Source: an uncultured Enterobacteriaceae bacterium
Lineage (GTDB): Bacteria > Pseudomonadota > Gammaproteobacteria > Eutrophobiales > Eutrophobiaceae
Length of the DNA: 64,000 bases
Reading direction: 5' to 3'
NCBI GenBank assembly: GCA_964523895.1
Contig: CAZGBJ010000001.1
Span: forward strand, 93,633-157,632
Under the pieces are notes generated by a model. It was given only the letters and a program-made list of their open reading frames with translations. It searched no databases and was not told where the DNA came from. Position 1 is the stretch's first letter, and each line of letters opens with the position of its first letter. Below, piece by piece: positions 1 to 9,820 of the stretch. A program made the position numbers and the translations under genes.

Positions 1-281
1 TGGCCATCCTGGTCCGCCGCTTGTTGATAACGGAATTGTTGAACAAACCGCTCCGGGCGCTCTGTTAATGTATTAATGCCGCTACTTTTTGCTATATTTC
101 TATCTCCAGTCAACTTTATCAAAACCTGAATAAGTGCCTGTTTAATGGCTGGCTTACGTTTTGATGCTGATTCATCACTAACAGGCGCTGTTCCCTGATA
201 AAGACCCGATACCTTTATCGCATTGACCGGTTGTGATACGAGCACTGAGAAACAAATGAACATTAATAATCTAAATTTCAT
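1..281 (-). CDS. Partial CDS (N-terminal ~93 aa, runs off the window edge): secreted DUF2066-like hypothetical protein, divergent from purM
   Basis: Minus-strand translation begins MKFRLLMFICFSVLVSQPVNA (signal-peptide-like) then IKVSGLYQGTAPVSDES... and stays open to the window edge. A DUF2066 gene lying divergent to purM is the usual arrangement in gammaproteobacteria. The ORF track omits it because it is truncated. Confidence 0.45.
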   Translation of the reverse strand, partial: MKFRLLMFICFSVLVSQPVNAIKVSGLYQGTAPVSDESASKRKPAIKQALIQVLIKLTGDRNIAKSSGINTLTERPERFVQQFRYQQAADQDG

Positions 282-357
282 ACGTAAACACGCTATTCAA
301 GACTTGAGGATAAGTCAAGGATTGCGATGAAGAGTCGACACCGATACCATACGCCCA

Positions 358-1401
358 ATGAACAAACCAACAGACAAAAAATTCAGCTATAAAGACGCCG
401 GCGTTGATATAGAACAGGGCAATGAACTGATTCAACGGTTAAAAAAGAGCGTCAGCAAAACGCATAGAGCCGGTGTTATGGGTGGTCTTGGTGGTTTCGG
501 CGCTTTATTTGATCTCGGTTCATTAAATTACAAACAACCGGTGCTGGTTTCGGGAACAGATGGCGTTGGCACTAAAATCAAGCTCGCCATCGAAAATAAT
601 ATGCATGACTCTATCGGCATTGATCTGGTTGGCATGTGTGTCAATGACTTAATTGTGCAAGGAGCCGATCCTTTATTCTTTCTTGATTACTTTGCCTGCT
701 CCAGTCTTGATGTTGATATTGCCGAAACCGTGATTAATGGTATTACTCAAGGTTGTTCATTGGCTGGCTGCAGTCTCATTGGTGGTGAAACGGCTGAAAT
801 GCCAGGCATGTACCAAGCGGGTGATTATGATCTGGCTGGATTTTGTGTCGGTGTTGTTGAAAAAGATGAACTGATTACGGGACAAAATGTATCTGCAGGC
901 GATGCCATTATTGCGCTTGCTTCTAGCGGTTGTCATTCAAACGGTTATTCTCTGGTCAGGAAAATAATTGATGAAACAAATCAGGATTTATCTGAAAAGC
1001 TGGATAATAAAACGTTACTTGAGCTCTTAGTCAAACCTACCCGCATCTATGTAAAACAGATTCTTGGATTAATTAATGAAGTACCGGTTACGGCTATTGC
1101 CCATATTACCGGCGGTGGATTAGTCGAAAATATTCCTCGCGTCATTCCTGACAATTTATCAGTAGAAATTGACGCGAACAGCTGGAAACTACCGTCCATT
1201 TTTAATTGGCTTCAAGAACAGGGAAATATTGAGTCAGATGAGATGTATAAAACATTTAATTGTGGTGTCGGCATGGTTGTTTGTGTTGCGCAGGAAAACA
1301 AAGAGAAAACAATTAGTCATCTAAACAATGCTGGTGAAACTGCCTGGGAAATAGGAAAAATAATTTCCTGCGACAGTTCAGAAGATAGAGTAAAAATATA
1401 A
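358..1401 (+). CDS. purM: Phosphoribosylformylglycinamidine cyclo-ligase (AIR synthetase)
   Basis: 347 aa. The N-terminal SYKDAGVDI and the GLGGFGALF and GTDGVGTK motifs, plus overall similarity to E. coli PurM, support the call. Confidence 0.95.
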   Translation: MNKPTDKKFSYKDAGVDIEQGNELIQRLKKSVSKTHRAGVMGGLGGFGALFDLGSLNYKQPVLVSGTDGVGTKIKLAIENNMHDSIGIDLVGMCVNDLIVQGADPLFFLDYFACSSLDVDIAETVINGITQGCSLAGCSLIGGETAEMPGMYQAGDYDLAGFCVGVVEKDELITGQNVSAGDAIIALASSGCHSNGYSLVRKIIDETNQDLSEKLDNKTLLELLVKPTRIYVKQILGLINEVPVTAIAHITGGGLVENIPRVIPDNLSVEIDANSWKLPSIFNWLQEQGNIESDEMYKTFNCGVGMVVCVAQENKEKTISHLNNAGETAWEIGKIISCDSSEDRVKI

Positions 1402-1565
1402 TGAGACCTTTGCACGATTGTTATTTTTTCATCTAGCAGCGTTGCCTAAAGCACCTACTGTTGGTGAAACGTACTCAATCGGTCATTTATAATTATAAAC
1501 TCCCTCACTCCGTGCATTTTTGCCTTACTTGAGAAAAAATTACCTGTTCGTGCAAAATCTCATAA

Positions 1566-2534
1566 CTACTTATCTGACATATAGTCAGATGGCTTTATGT
1601 CCTTGATTAGGTAGAGCGGTCTATTTTTCGTTTCGTTAAACACTCGCCCAAGATATTCACCGATTATTCCCAAAGCTAATAACTGGATCCCACCAATAAA
1701 GGTAATTAATACGACTAATGAAGGGTAACCTGCGACAGGATCACCATACATCATCTTCTTAATGATAATAAAAATTGCAAAAGTCAGCCCGGCTATCGCA
1801 GATAAAACACCCAGCATTGAAGCAAGTCTTAATGGTAATACTGAAAACGAGGTTAATCCTTCGAAGGCTAAATCCAGTAAACCTAAAAACTTCCATTTTG
1901 TTTCACCCGCGTAGCGCTCATCACGCTCATAGGTAATTTCAGCTTGCGAATAACCTACCCACGCAAACAGACCTTTCATATAACGATGTTTTTCTCGTAA
2001 CTTTAATAACGCATCTAAAGCGTTTCTACTAAGCAACCTGAAGTCGCCCGTGTCCTTTGGTATTTTTATATCACTTAGTTGATATAGAAAACGATAATAG
2101 ACAAATGAAGAGATTTTTTTGAAGGCGCTTTCACCCCTTCTCTTGATTCTTTTTGCATTAACAACATCATATCCGTCACGCCATCGCTCAACCAATTTGG
2201 GGATCAACTCCGGGGGATCCTGCAAATCCGTATCGATAACAACAACAGCATCACCTGATGCATGATCCAATCCTGCAGTAAGCGCAATCTCTTTACCAAA
2301 ATTTCTGCTTAAATCAATAATGGAGATACGAGAATCGTTATTATGTTGCCTACTCATTATTTCAAGAGTGCCATCCTGACTACCGTCGTTCACATAGATA
2401 ATTTCCAGATCAAGGTTTAGAATTTTTACTGCATCCACAAGTCTTGAATAAAACTCATCCAGCCCTGCTTCCTCATTGTAAGCAGGCGCAACAATGGACA
2501 ATACTTTATTACTACCTGTCTCTTTACTTTCCAT
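1566..2534 (-). CDS. Family 2 glycosyltransferase, polyprenyl-phosphate sugar transferase type (GtrB/ArnC-like), C-terminal TM helices
   Basis: LSIVAPAYNEE...IIYVNDGSQDGT plus the DxD region and two C-terminal hydrophobic helices typical of undecaprenyl-phosphate glycosyltransferases. Confidence 0.8.
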   Translation of the reverse strand: MESKETGSNKVLSIVAPAYNEEAGLDEFYSRLVDAVKILNLDLEIIYVNDGSQDGTLEIMSRQHNNDSRISIIDLSRNFGKEIALTAGLDHASGDAVVVIDTDLQDPPELIPKLVERWRDGYDVVNAKRIKRRGESAFKKISSFVYYRFLYQLSDIKIPKDTGDFRLLSRNALDALLKLREKHRYMKGLFAWVGYSQAEITYERDERYAGETKWKFLGLLDLAFEGLTSFSVLPLRLASMLGVLSAIAGLTFAIFIIIKKMMYGDPVAGYPSLVVLITFIGGIQLLALGIIGEYLGRVFNETKNRPLYLIKDIKPSDYMSDK

Positions 2535-2536
2535 GT

Positions 2537-3268
2537 TTATATTTTTTCCGCAACAACTATGATTGAAAGACCAAAAGGAAAAGAAAAATGTCCTATTAAT
2601 CTGGATTCAAAACTGAATATTTTTTCAAGTAACATATTAATAAGTTTAGGCGGCATTTTTAGTTTATTGCCTTTTTCTGTTGGAAATATTTTTTGTTTTA
2701 TTCTGTCAACAAGTGCTAGTGGAAATAATAAAGAATTAAAGTATGAAATAGTATCTACTTTCCAGCCATTATTTTCTATCAAAATTTTTAAATATTTGGC
2801 AGTATATCTTCTTTTGTGATGGTGTTGTTCATCATGAGCAGTCCATAAAAATTGATATGCCGGAACAGTAATGATTAACTTTCCATTATCATTCACGTAG
2901 TCTCTTAATACAGCCAAACTCTCAGCGTCTTCATCAATATGTTCTAAAACATCCAATAGTACAATTAAATCGTTATTTTTATTTATCTCCGCTGGTATCT
3001 TATCTGGCAACGAACCTTTTGACACGTTGCCTATCTGTCTGGCTTTCGCTTTAAGTAAGGCATTATCATCTCGCTCCATAGCAGTAACATCACCGTATTT
3101 TGATAGGAAAGCAAGGTTGTCTCCATTACCACAACCCGCATCCATAATACGGGAAACTTTCTCAAGATCTAAGCTTTGAACAACACTATCAATTATTTTT
3201 CGTCGCGCAACAAACCACCAATGTTGAGTTTCAACGTTATACATTTCATCAAATAATTCATTTTCCAT
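2537..3268 (-). CDS. Class I SAM-dependent methyltransferase
   Basis: MDAGCGNGDNLAFL is a glycine-rich SAM-binding motif I. The likely true start is the internal MENELFDEMY (residue 33 of the track ORF), which removes the overlap with trmJ. Confidence 0.7.
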   Translation of the reverse strand: MENELFDEMYNVETQHWWFVARRKIIDSVVQSLDLEKVSRIMDAGCGNGDNLAFLSKYGDVTAMERDDNALLKAKARQIGNVSKGSLPDKIPAEINKNNDLIVLLDVLEHIDEDAESLAVLRDYVNDNGKLIITVPAYQFLWTAHDEQHHHKRRYTAKYLKILIENNGWKVDTISYFNSLLFPLALVDRIKQKIFPTEKGNKLKMPPKLINMLLEKIFSFESRLIGHFSFPFGLSIIVVAEKI

Positions 3269-3290
3269 AATAAAATCAGCGTTAATTCTT

Positions 3291-4016
3291 TTATTTATTT
3301 TTATCCTGAACTTTTGCCAAAATGCCGCGCAAGATATTACATTCATTTTCTTCCAGCTGCGCACGATTAAAAAGCCGACGCATTCTATGCATCAATAAAC
3401 GTGGATTTTCAGGATCATGAAAACCTATATCGACCATGCATTTTTCCAGATGCTGATAAAACATTTCCATTTTATCCTGATCAACTAATGGAGAATCGCT
3501 CTCCAGTAATTCATTGCTGCTATCACTAATACCTAACAGGTATATTTCATAACAAATAAGTTGCACTGCAGAAGCCAGATTTAGTGAACTATATTCTGTA
3601 TTAGCAGGAATTTGTAATACAAGATTACATAATTCCAGCTCTTCATTACTCAGACCTGAATTTTCTCTACCAAAGACAATAGCAACAGATGAATATTTAT
3701 TTTCAGAAATTGTTTTAGCGCATTCACGAGGAAAAACTAATGGCCATGGTATACTTCTGATGCGAGCACTCGTACCAATAACCAAATCACAATCTGAAAT
3801 TGCTTCTTTTAAATCCGAACAAACAGTTGCATTAGCCAAAATATCGTCGGCACCGGTCGCTCTTGCGGATGCTTCTGCAGAAGGAAAAATTTTGGGTTCA
3901 ACAAGATATAACTTTTCTTGTGACATCGTTTTCATTGCCCGTGCTGCCGCACCAATATTACCGGGATGGGTTGTTCCAACCAGCACTATCCTCGTTTTAT
4001 CTAAAATATTTTTCAT
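3291..4016 (-). CDS. trmJ: tRNA (cytidine/uridine-2'-O-)-methyltransferase TrmJ (SpoU family)
   Basis: IVLVGTTHPGNIGAAARAMKTM matches the E. coli TrmJ N-terminus. It is divergent from suhB as in E. coli. The start probably lies at the MKNILDKTRIV methionine. Confidence 0.85.
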   Translation of the reverse strand: MKNILDKTRIVLVGTTHPGNIGAAARAMKTMSQEKLYLVEPKIFPSAEASARATGADDILANATVCSDLKEAISDCDLVIGTSARIRSIPWPLVFPRECAKTISENKYSSVAIVFGRENSGLSNEELELCNLVLQIPANTEYSSLNLASAVQLICYEIYLLGISDSSNELLESDSPLVDQDKMEMFYQHLEKCMVDIGFHDPENPRLLMHRMRRLFNRAQLEENECNILRGILAKVQDKNK

Positions 4017-4083
4017 TCTTGTTATTGCTTCACTCATGACTACTGACAACGTAGAATAACTCGTTAACTATTTGGAGAACACT

Positions 4084-4854
4084 ATGCATCCCATGCTCAA
4101 TATCGCTATCCGTGCAGCCAGAGCTGCCGGCGACTCCATTGTACGTGAAATGGATCGCGTCAGTGATATTTCGATTGATATAAAAGGAAAAAATGATTTT
4201 GTAACGGAAGTTGATAGACAAGCTGAATATATTATCATCGAAACAATTAAGAAATCTTATCCTGATCATGCTTTTTTGGGAGAGGAATCAGGAAAATCGG
4301 GTGATAGTGAATACCTTTGGATCATTGATCCGCTCGATGGCACAACGAACTTCTTACATGGCATTCCCCATTTTGCTATTTCTATTGCTCTGCAATACAA
4401 AGATCGTCTTGATCAAGCCGTCATTTATGATCCGGTAAAACAAGAATTATTCACCGCATCACAAGGTAAAGGCGCGCAACTAAATGGTAAAAAAATCCGT
4501 GTTAGCCCACAAAAAACTCTTGATGGCGCACTGCTTGCCACCGGTTTTCCTTTTCGAGAAGACCAGGAAGTCGATAAGTTTATAAAAAGCTTTAAAGCAC
4601 TATTTCCGATGATAGCCGGTATCAGAAGAGCAGGCGTCGCATCACTTGATTTGGCTTATGTCGCAGCGGGAAGGTTCGATGGCTTTTGGGAATTTAGTTT
4701 AAAATCGTGGGATATTGCTGCAGGAGTATTAATTGTACAAGAAGCGGGGGGTATTAGTTCTGAAATAAATGGTGGATTGGATTATTTGGAAAGCGGCAAT
4801 ATTATTTCTGCAAACCCAAAATTAATGAAAGCTATATTACAAAATATATCTTAA
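4084..4854 (+). CDS. suhB: Inositol-1-monophosphatase SuhB
   Basis: MHPMLNIAIRAARAAG matches the E. coli SuhB N-terminus, and the WIIDPLDGTTNF metal-binding motif is present. Confidence 0.9.
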   Translation: MHPMLNIAIRAARAAGDSIVREMDRVSDISIDIKGKNDFVTEVDRQAEYIIIETIKKSYPDHAFLGEESGKSGDSEYLWIIDPLDGTTNFLHGIPHFAISIALQYKDRLDQAVIYDPVKQELFTASQGKGAQLNGKKIRVSPQKTLDGALLATGFPFREDQEVDKFIKSFKALFPMIAGIRRAGVASLDLAYVAAGRFDGFWEFSLKSWDIAAGVLIVQEAGGISSEINGGLDYLESGNIISANPKLMKAILQNIS

Positions 4855-4897
4855 CCTTATCTTAAATAAATAATTTATCATTCAATCATCATATATT

Positions 4898-5368
4898 TTA
4901 CTGATAAGTACTTAAACTTAAGTTATTCCTTTCTAATAAATCATAACGGATACCTTCAATTCCTTGTAATCTTTTCAAGATATGAAACCTCTCCTGACTT
5001 TGAGACTCCTCAGGAAAGACACTCTTTAAAAGAGAGGATATTTGAACATAGGTAAATTCATTTTCAGGATTACCCGCCAAAATTCGTATATACAGTTGAA
5101 TTTTTGGAAGCCCATCTTGTTCAGCTTCTACTAATTGGATCCACATATTATCAAGTTTATCATTCGTCATTTCAGCCAATGTCTTAACACGAAGTTTTTC
5201 TACAGCTTCAAATTGACCTGTGAAGAACAATTTATTATGTGACCTCATATAATTACGATATTTATCAACCTCTGTCTCTGCATTAAGCCACCATGCAAAT
5301 ACAAAGCAGATTACAATGGTACAAGCTAAAATTAGATGACCTATACAAAGGCCTTTATATTTAAACAT
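4898..5368 (-). CDS. Hypothetical membrane-anchored protein (156 aa), last gene of the CotH/VTC operon
   Basis: Single N-terminal hydrophobic helix (LCIGHLILACTIVICFVFAWW). Sits 30 nt downstream of the CotH gene on the same strand. No recognisable family. Confidence 0.45.
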   Translation of the reverse strand: MFKYKGLCIGHLILACTIVICFVFAWWLNAETEVDKYRNYMRSHNKLFFTGQFEAVEKLRVKTLAEMTNDKLDNMWIQLVEAEQDGLPKIQLYIRILAGNPENEFTYVQISSLLKSVFPEESQSQERFHILKRLQGIEGIRYDLLERNNLSLSTYQ

Positions 5369-5398
5369 TATCTTATGTTTTCATCATTCCTATTAAAC

Positions 5399-8101
5399 TT
5401 ACTTTAATGAGTGATATGCACTTTGTTTTATATGGTTTATTGATTCCTCGCCAACAACAATATCTTTTTCAGTAATGCCATGAAGACTCTTGCCAGATAT
5501 TACTCCTCCTCGACTATATCGCGCGTTCTTTCGATAAAGTGCTATGGCATTCCCCTTTTCAACTGAAAATTTAATATCCTCAACACGTACAATGGATTGA
5601 TCTTTAACCGCAATACCCAATACACAATCAGCAAGCTGACTCTTTTCAACTCTCACTTCACTTGCTTCACCGACTGAAATACATTTATCGCCGGTACCAT
5701 TGATATCAACATGACTAATTACTGATTTTGAATTCATCAGATCAATTGCATCATTTCCAATATTGTAAAAACGCGAATTAGATACAGAGACATCAACAAT
5801 ATCCATATCCAATGCATCAAAGGCTGTGTTATTAAATTCACAATTTCTAATGGCGCCACTACTATATGTGACATGCAAAGCATCATCGCCTACGGAATTA
5901 TTACTTATGAAACAGTTCTCTAATTGAAAAGAATTAACATAATGAATATTAAGCTGCCCCGGATAATTAATCAGGTTTCGTTGTGCAATAGAACCGCCAT
6001 TAACGTTAATATGAGCCATGACGCTTCCAGATGCTTCTTTACCTTGTATCACAATACTGCCCCAGGCCTGATCCAGATCTTTTTGTTTAAACTTGATTGG
6101 TGATTCTTCTGTTCCCTTTGCTATTACTTTTCCATAAAAAAATAGAGAACTATTCTTTGCCATCTTAAACACCGTCCCGGGCAAAATGTTTACTGTTTGC
6201 TCTTTTGTGAAATAGCGATCCTGATTAACTTCTATTTCACCCGATAATACAATCTCACTCACTACTTTTTCTTGTGTAAGTAATTCCCATGGATGAAATG
6301 AGGCTGTGTCAGCATCATCAGGTAAATTATCTACTTTTTCAATTGTTATGATATTTGAAGTGATTGCATTTTTACCTGTTAGTTTTTTTGTTTTAATTAG
6401 ATCAGCACTCTTCGCTCCTGTGATTAAGTATTCATAATGCAATGGTGATTGTTCATATGATTCATAAACTTTTGTTTCAGCCCCGCCTATTACATTATTT
6501 GATTGGTAACTTTCTGTTACTGCAATACCTGGATATAATCGATCTAATTGTTTTTTGTTTAGTACAGGATAAATCTCACCCTCATAGATGCGGAATAATT
6601 TAATTTCCTTATCGTTTGAATTTGACACAATTGACCAAGGATTAAAATCGACCGGACTGTTACCAAATATCGAAATAGAAACTTGAAACTGATCCTTAAT
6701 ATTCTCTTTAATATGATAATTTGCAGAAATAAAATTTAACCTATTCGCTATAAGTCCATATCGATAGTTATAAACTGTTTTCAACGTTTCGATAGCATTA
6801 CTATACTCATTCATAGAAAAAGGTAGAACCTTACCAAAACGACCAAATTTAAAATAATCATCGGGTTGTTGACGATAAGGATCCGCTGCTAGTTCACGTG
6901 CAATAATGTCATCTGCTTTATCAAGCATGTCAGCAACATAATCTACAGTAAACCTTTTCCGCAAATCATAAACTGTTAGATCATGTTCATATCTTAATAC
7001 AGGATTTAATAGTATTTGTTTATAGAGAGGTGTTACCGAAAGCGATTCGGATGTACTCCAAAAACGAATATCCCATTCAATCGGTTCAAATTTTCCTAAA
7101 TAGGGATCAAAATAAATTCGATGGTTATGAAATAAATCATGATGATCACTGCCAACTAATTTATCCAATGCCCAAAAAAGATAAAATTTATTCTTATCAA
7201 AGTAAGTGTCAAAATTTTTCATAAACATTAGTGGGTCTGGATCGTGAACCGATTTTATAAACAGCTCGATATCTTCACGGTTACCTGTTGATTCTATATT
7301 TCTTGAGGCATCTTTCTTCCATAATCTACTGTCAAACCATAATTCCGGTCTACCACGATTTACATAGACTTTCTCAGAAAGTCCTCTTTCTATTCCAAAT
7401 GGATCCGGCATATATATGGTATCGCCCGAATATATACTGCCGGGCATTCGATTATTTTTACGTAAAAATGATTCATCTATTTTACTTAGAAAAAAATGTA
7501 ATCCATTTGTTTCATTATTTATGAAGACACGTGCAGGAAAATATTCCGGCGTTAATAATCCAATCGAGCGCGCCATATCATAACTCACCCAGTCTGTAAC
7601 AGTGGCCATGGTTGATGGATTAACTAAATTAAACTGACGCTCATTACGATAAGTACTAAAAGGTGGGAGCTTGATTCTGATTGATTTTTTTTCATATAAC
7701 CAATGTAAATCCATTCCTCCCCGATAACGAAACTGAGCTTCACTTAAAAATTCCGGTCGATCTACCTTTAGATGACCTTTAACAAATTTACCTTTAGCAC
7801 TTTCAGGCAAGTTCGATACTAATGACTCTAAATCTTTATTATCAGCATATAAGTAAAATGAAGGTAGGCTAGTCTGTGCAGGTAGTTGTTTAATTGTTAA
7901 CTGTTGGTAATGGCGCTCTATATATTCGTTAATAAAATAGCGTAAATGGTCTAATGTATAACTTTCTTCAATAGCCATTACCTTCTTATATTGCATCATC
8001 TCTCTTACGCCACCAAACACAATACTACTTAATATAGTTAAGATGAATAGCGCTGAAAGAATAGGCCAATATGAACAATGTCTCGAGTGACTAATATTCA
8101 T
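5399..8101 (-). CDS. CotH kinase family protein with N-terminal signal anchor and C-terminal right-handed parallel beta-helix (PbH1) domain
   Basis: Central region RYRGGMDLHWLYEKKSIRIKLPP...QFNLVNPSTMATVTDWVSYDMARSIGLLTPEYFPARVFINNETNGLHFFLSKIDESFLRKNN...IYSGD fits the CotH domain pattern. The C-terminal ~200 aa carry repeated NxxxGDDAL, NTAFDALDMD, NIGNDAIDLM and GTGDKCISVG units typical of pectate-lyase-like beta-helices. The N-terminal hydrophobic segment is WPILSALFILTILSSIVFGG. Confidence 0.75.
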   Translation of the reverse strand: MNISHSRHCSYWPILSALFILTILSSIVFGGVREMMQYKKVMAIEESYTLDHLRYFINEYIERHYQQLTIKQLPAQTSLPSFYLYADNKDLESLVSNLPESAKGKFVKGHLKVDRPEFLSEAQFRYRGGMDLHWLYEKKSIRIKLPPFSTYRNERQFNLVNPSTMATVTDWVSYDMARSIGLLTPEYFPARVFINNETNGLHFFLSKIDESFLRKNNRMPGSIYSGDTIYMPDPFGIERGLSEKVYVNRGRPELWFDSRLWKKDASRNIESTGNREDIELFIKSVHDPDPLMFMKNFDTYFDKNKFYLFWALDKLVGSDHHDLFHNHRIYFDPYLGKFEPIEWDIRFWSTSESLSVTPLYKQILLNPVLRYEHDLTVYDLRKRFTVDYVADMLDKADDIIARELAADPYRQQPDDYFKFGRFGKVLPFSMNEYSNAIETLKTVYNYRYGLIANRLNFISANYHIKENIKDQFQVSISIFGNSPVDFNPWSIVSNSNDKEIKLFRIYEGEIYPVLNKKQLDRLYPGIAVTESYQSNNVIGGAETKVYESYEQSPLHYEYLITGAKSADLIKTKKLTGKNAITSNIITIEKVDNLPDDADTASFHPWELLTQEKVVSEIVLSGEIEVNQDRYFTKEQTVNILPGTVFKMAKNSSLFFYGKVIAKGTEESPIKFKQKDLDQAWGSIVIQGKEASGSVMAHINVNGGSIAQRNLINYPGQLNIHYVNSFQLENCFISNNSVGDDALHVTYSSGAIRNCEFNNTAFDALDMDIVDVSVSNSRFYNIGNDAIDLMNSKSVISHVDINGTGDKCISVGEASEVRVEKSQLADCVLGIAVKDQSIVRVEDIKFSVEKGNAIALYRKNARYSRGGVISGKSLHGITEKDIVVGEESINHIKQSAYHSLK

Positions 8102-9162
8102 AAATTGCCTTTGAATTCAGACTTGGCAACTTTACGAAAATCATTCCGCTTTGAATATCTGCCTAAAACAAGATAAATGAAAAGAAAGCCGATCATACTG
8201 AGACAAACAATCTGCCCAATCGAAAATAGTATTGGATATTCTCGAAATGATGCACGACTGGGTAAAATGGTTGTTGCCAACTTATGATATTCAGCATAAC
8301 CAAACCATGACGAGGATTTGATGTGAGGGAAATATAACTGGAATAATTTATCTGCTTGGCAAAAAAACATGTTGAGACTGCTTTCTTCATGTGCAGTAAG
8401 AATGTTTTCTTTATTAGAAAATATTTCGAACTTTAATAAAAACGAAGTGTTTGGCATACCAAAATCAACCACGCTGAACAAACTTAATGTGACAGCCCCA
8501 TATGGAATTCCAAAATGCGTTACTAAATTAACATTCTCAATTGATTTTAGCTTTAAAGACTCTGAAATTAGTTCCGGCTTTTCTATGTTAACAGTAGATA
8601 GCATTTCAAAAAGTATCGGCCGTTCTTTTCGTTTTACTCGTCCAAAAAGAGAGTGTTTATCGAATGGAGTTAATTTTTTGTTATAACTTCTTACAGTAAA
8701 ACTTTTCATCCCTTCAGTTAACTCGCCACGATCGCTAAAGATTATTTCTTCTTTTTCTACTCTATTTTCCGGTAAACTTTCATTGAATACATGCATCAAT
8801 TCTTTATTCGTATTTAGTAATTCCAAATTATCAAAATCATAATAAGTAATGCTTCTGGTAAGTTCTCCATCATAAATAATTAGTCGTGGTTCTTTAAAGG
8901 GAACATCTCTAGAGATACCTCGAATAAAAGTGGATACTGCAGCAATATCCTTATTATCAATTAAGTAATAAGTGTTTTTGAATTTTTGATTCTGACAAAC
9001 ATTTGGAAAAGCATCATTAGCAAAGACATGAGTAACTGTACACGTCAAAATACAGACGGTGACTAAAAAGAGTATCTTTACTATAGAAAACAATGGTGAA
9101 CTTCTATACAGAAGATAAATCCTGATCGTAAGTAACCAGAGTAGCTCGAATAACACTATCAT
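8098..9162 (-). CDS. Hypothetical protein (354 aa) with N-terminal signal/anchor and C-terminal TM helix
   Basis: In-operon ORF between the DUF4956 and CotH genes. The 5' end overlaps the DUF4956 stop by 59 nt, so the true start is probably internal. The C-terminal LFSIGQIVCLSMIGFLFIYLVLG is a TM helix. No family recognised. Confidence 0.5.
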   Translation of the reverse strand: MIVLFELLWLLTIRIYLLYRSSPLFSIVKILFLVTVCILTCTVTHVFANDAFPNVCQNQKFKNTYYLIDNKDIAAVSTFIRGISRDVPFKEPRLIIYDGELTRSITYYDFDNLELLNTNKELMHVFNESLPENRVEKEEIIFSDRGELTEGMKSFTVRSYNKKLTPFDKHSLFGRVKRKERPILFEMLSTVNIEKPELISESLKLKSIENVNLVTHFGIPYGAVTLSLFSVVDFGMPNTSFLLKFEIFSNKENILTAHEESSLNMFFCQADKLFQLYFPHIKSSSWFGYAEYHKLATTILPSRASFREYPILFSIGQIVCLSMIGFLFIYLVLGRYSKRNDFRKVAKSEFKGNL

Positions 9163-9820
9163 TAGTTTGCAGTTTATTCATAAAACCAGTTTGCTCTTGA
9201 TTTGTTTTTATCTCCAATGTGATCTCAGTTCCTGCAGCAGAAACTGTTTTTGATTTTATTGAAAAGAGATCAGCTTTTTGCTTTATTTCATTGAGAACAT
9301 TGTCTTCTTTTGATGAATCAGATAGTTGGATCACTAATAAAAACGTATCGGCTACGTCTTTTCCAGAACGTGTTAAAAACAGCATAAAAACTGCAATCAT
9401 AATAGAGCCAACAATTGAAATATTAAAATAACCAACGCCATTAGCAATACCAACACTAATCGCCCAAAATAGAAAAACGAGATCCATACTATCTTTAACC
9501 GGCGTTCTAAAACGAACAATCGACAATGCACCAACCATACCTAAAGAAAGTATCAAATTGCCACTGATCGTCATTATGATCATGGATGTCACTGTACTCG
9601 CTAAAACTAACGAGATATTAAAACTGCGTTGATATAAAACGCCCTGATATGTTTTCTTATAAATAAAAAATATAAACATGCCTACAAAAAATGACATCGA
9701 TATATTAAGCAGAATATTTAATGTTGTAATTCTATCCGTACTACCCATAGACATTGCGATAAAACTTTTCTGTAGTACGTCTGCAAAGGTAACTTGATCC
9801 ATGATTAGTTGTCCTCCCAT
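9104..9820 (-). CDS. DUF4956-like polytopic membrane protein
   Basis: 238 aa with four hydrophobic helices followed by a soluble C-terminal domain. Its gene order matches the conserved VTC/DUF4956/CotH triad. Confidence 0.6.
   Translation of the reverse strand: MGGQLIMDQVTFADVLQKSFIAMSMGSTDRITTLNILLNISMSFFVGMFIFFIYKKTYQGVLYQRSFNISLVLASTVTSMIIMTISGNLILSLGMVGALSIVRFRTPVKDSMDLVFLFWAISVGIANGVGYFNISIVGSIMIAVFMLFLTRSGKDVADTFLLVIQLSDSSKEDNVLNEIKQKADLFSIKSKTVSAAGTEITLEIKTNQEQTGFMNKLQTNDSVIRATLVTYDQDLSSV

Noticed and set aside
2559-2819. 86-aa plus-strand ORF antisense within the methyltransferase gene
   Set aside because: Antisense overlap with a better-supported CDS. AT-rich and low-complexity.
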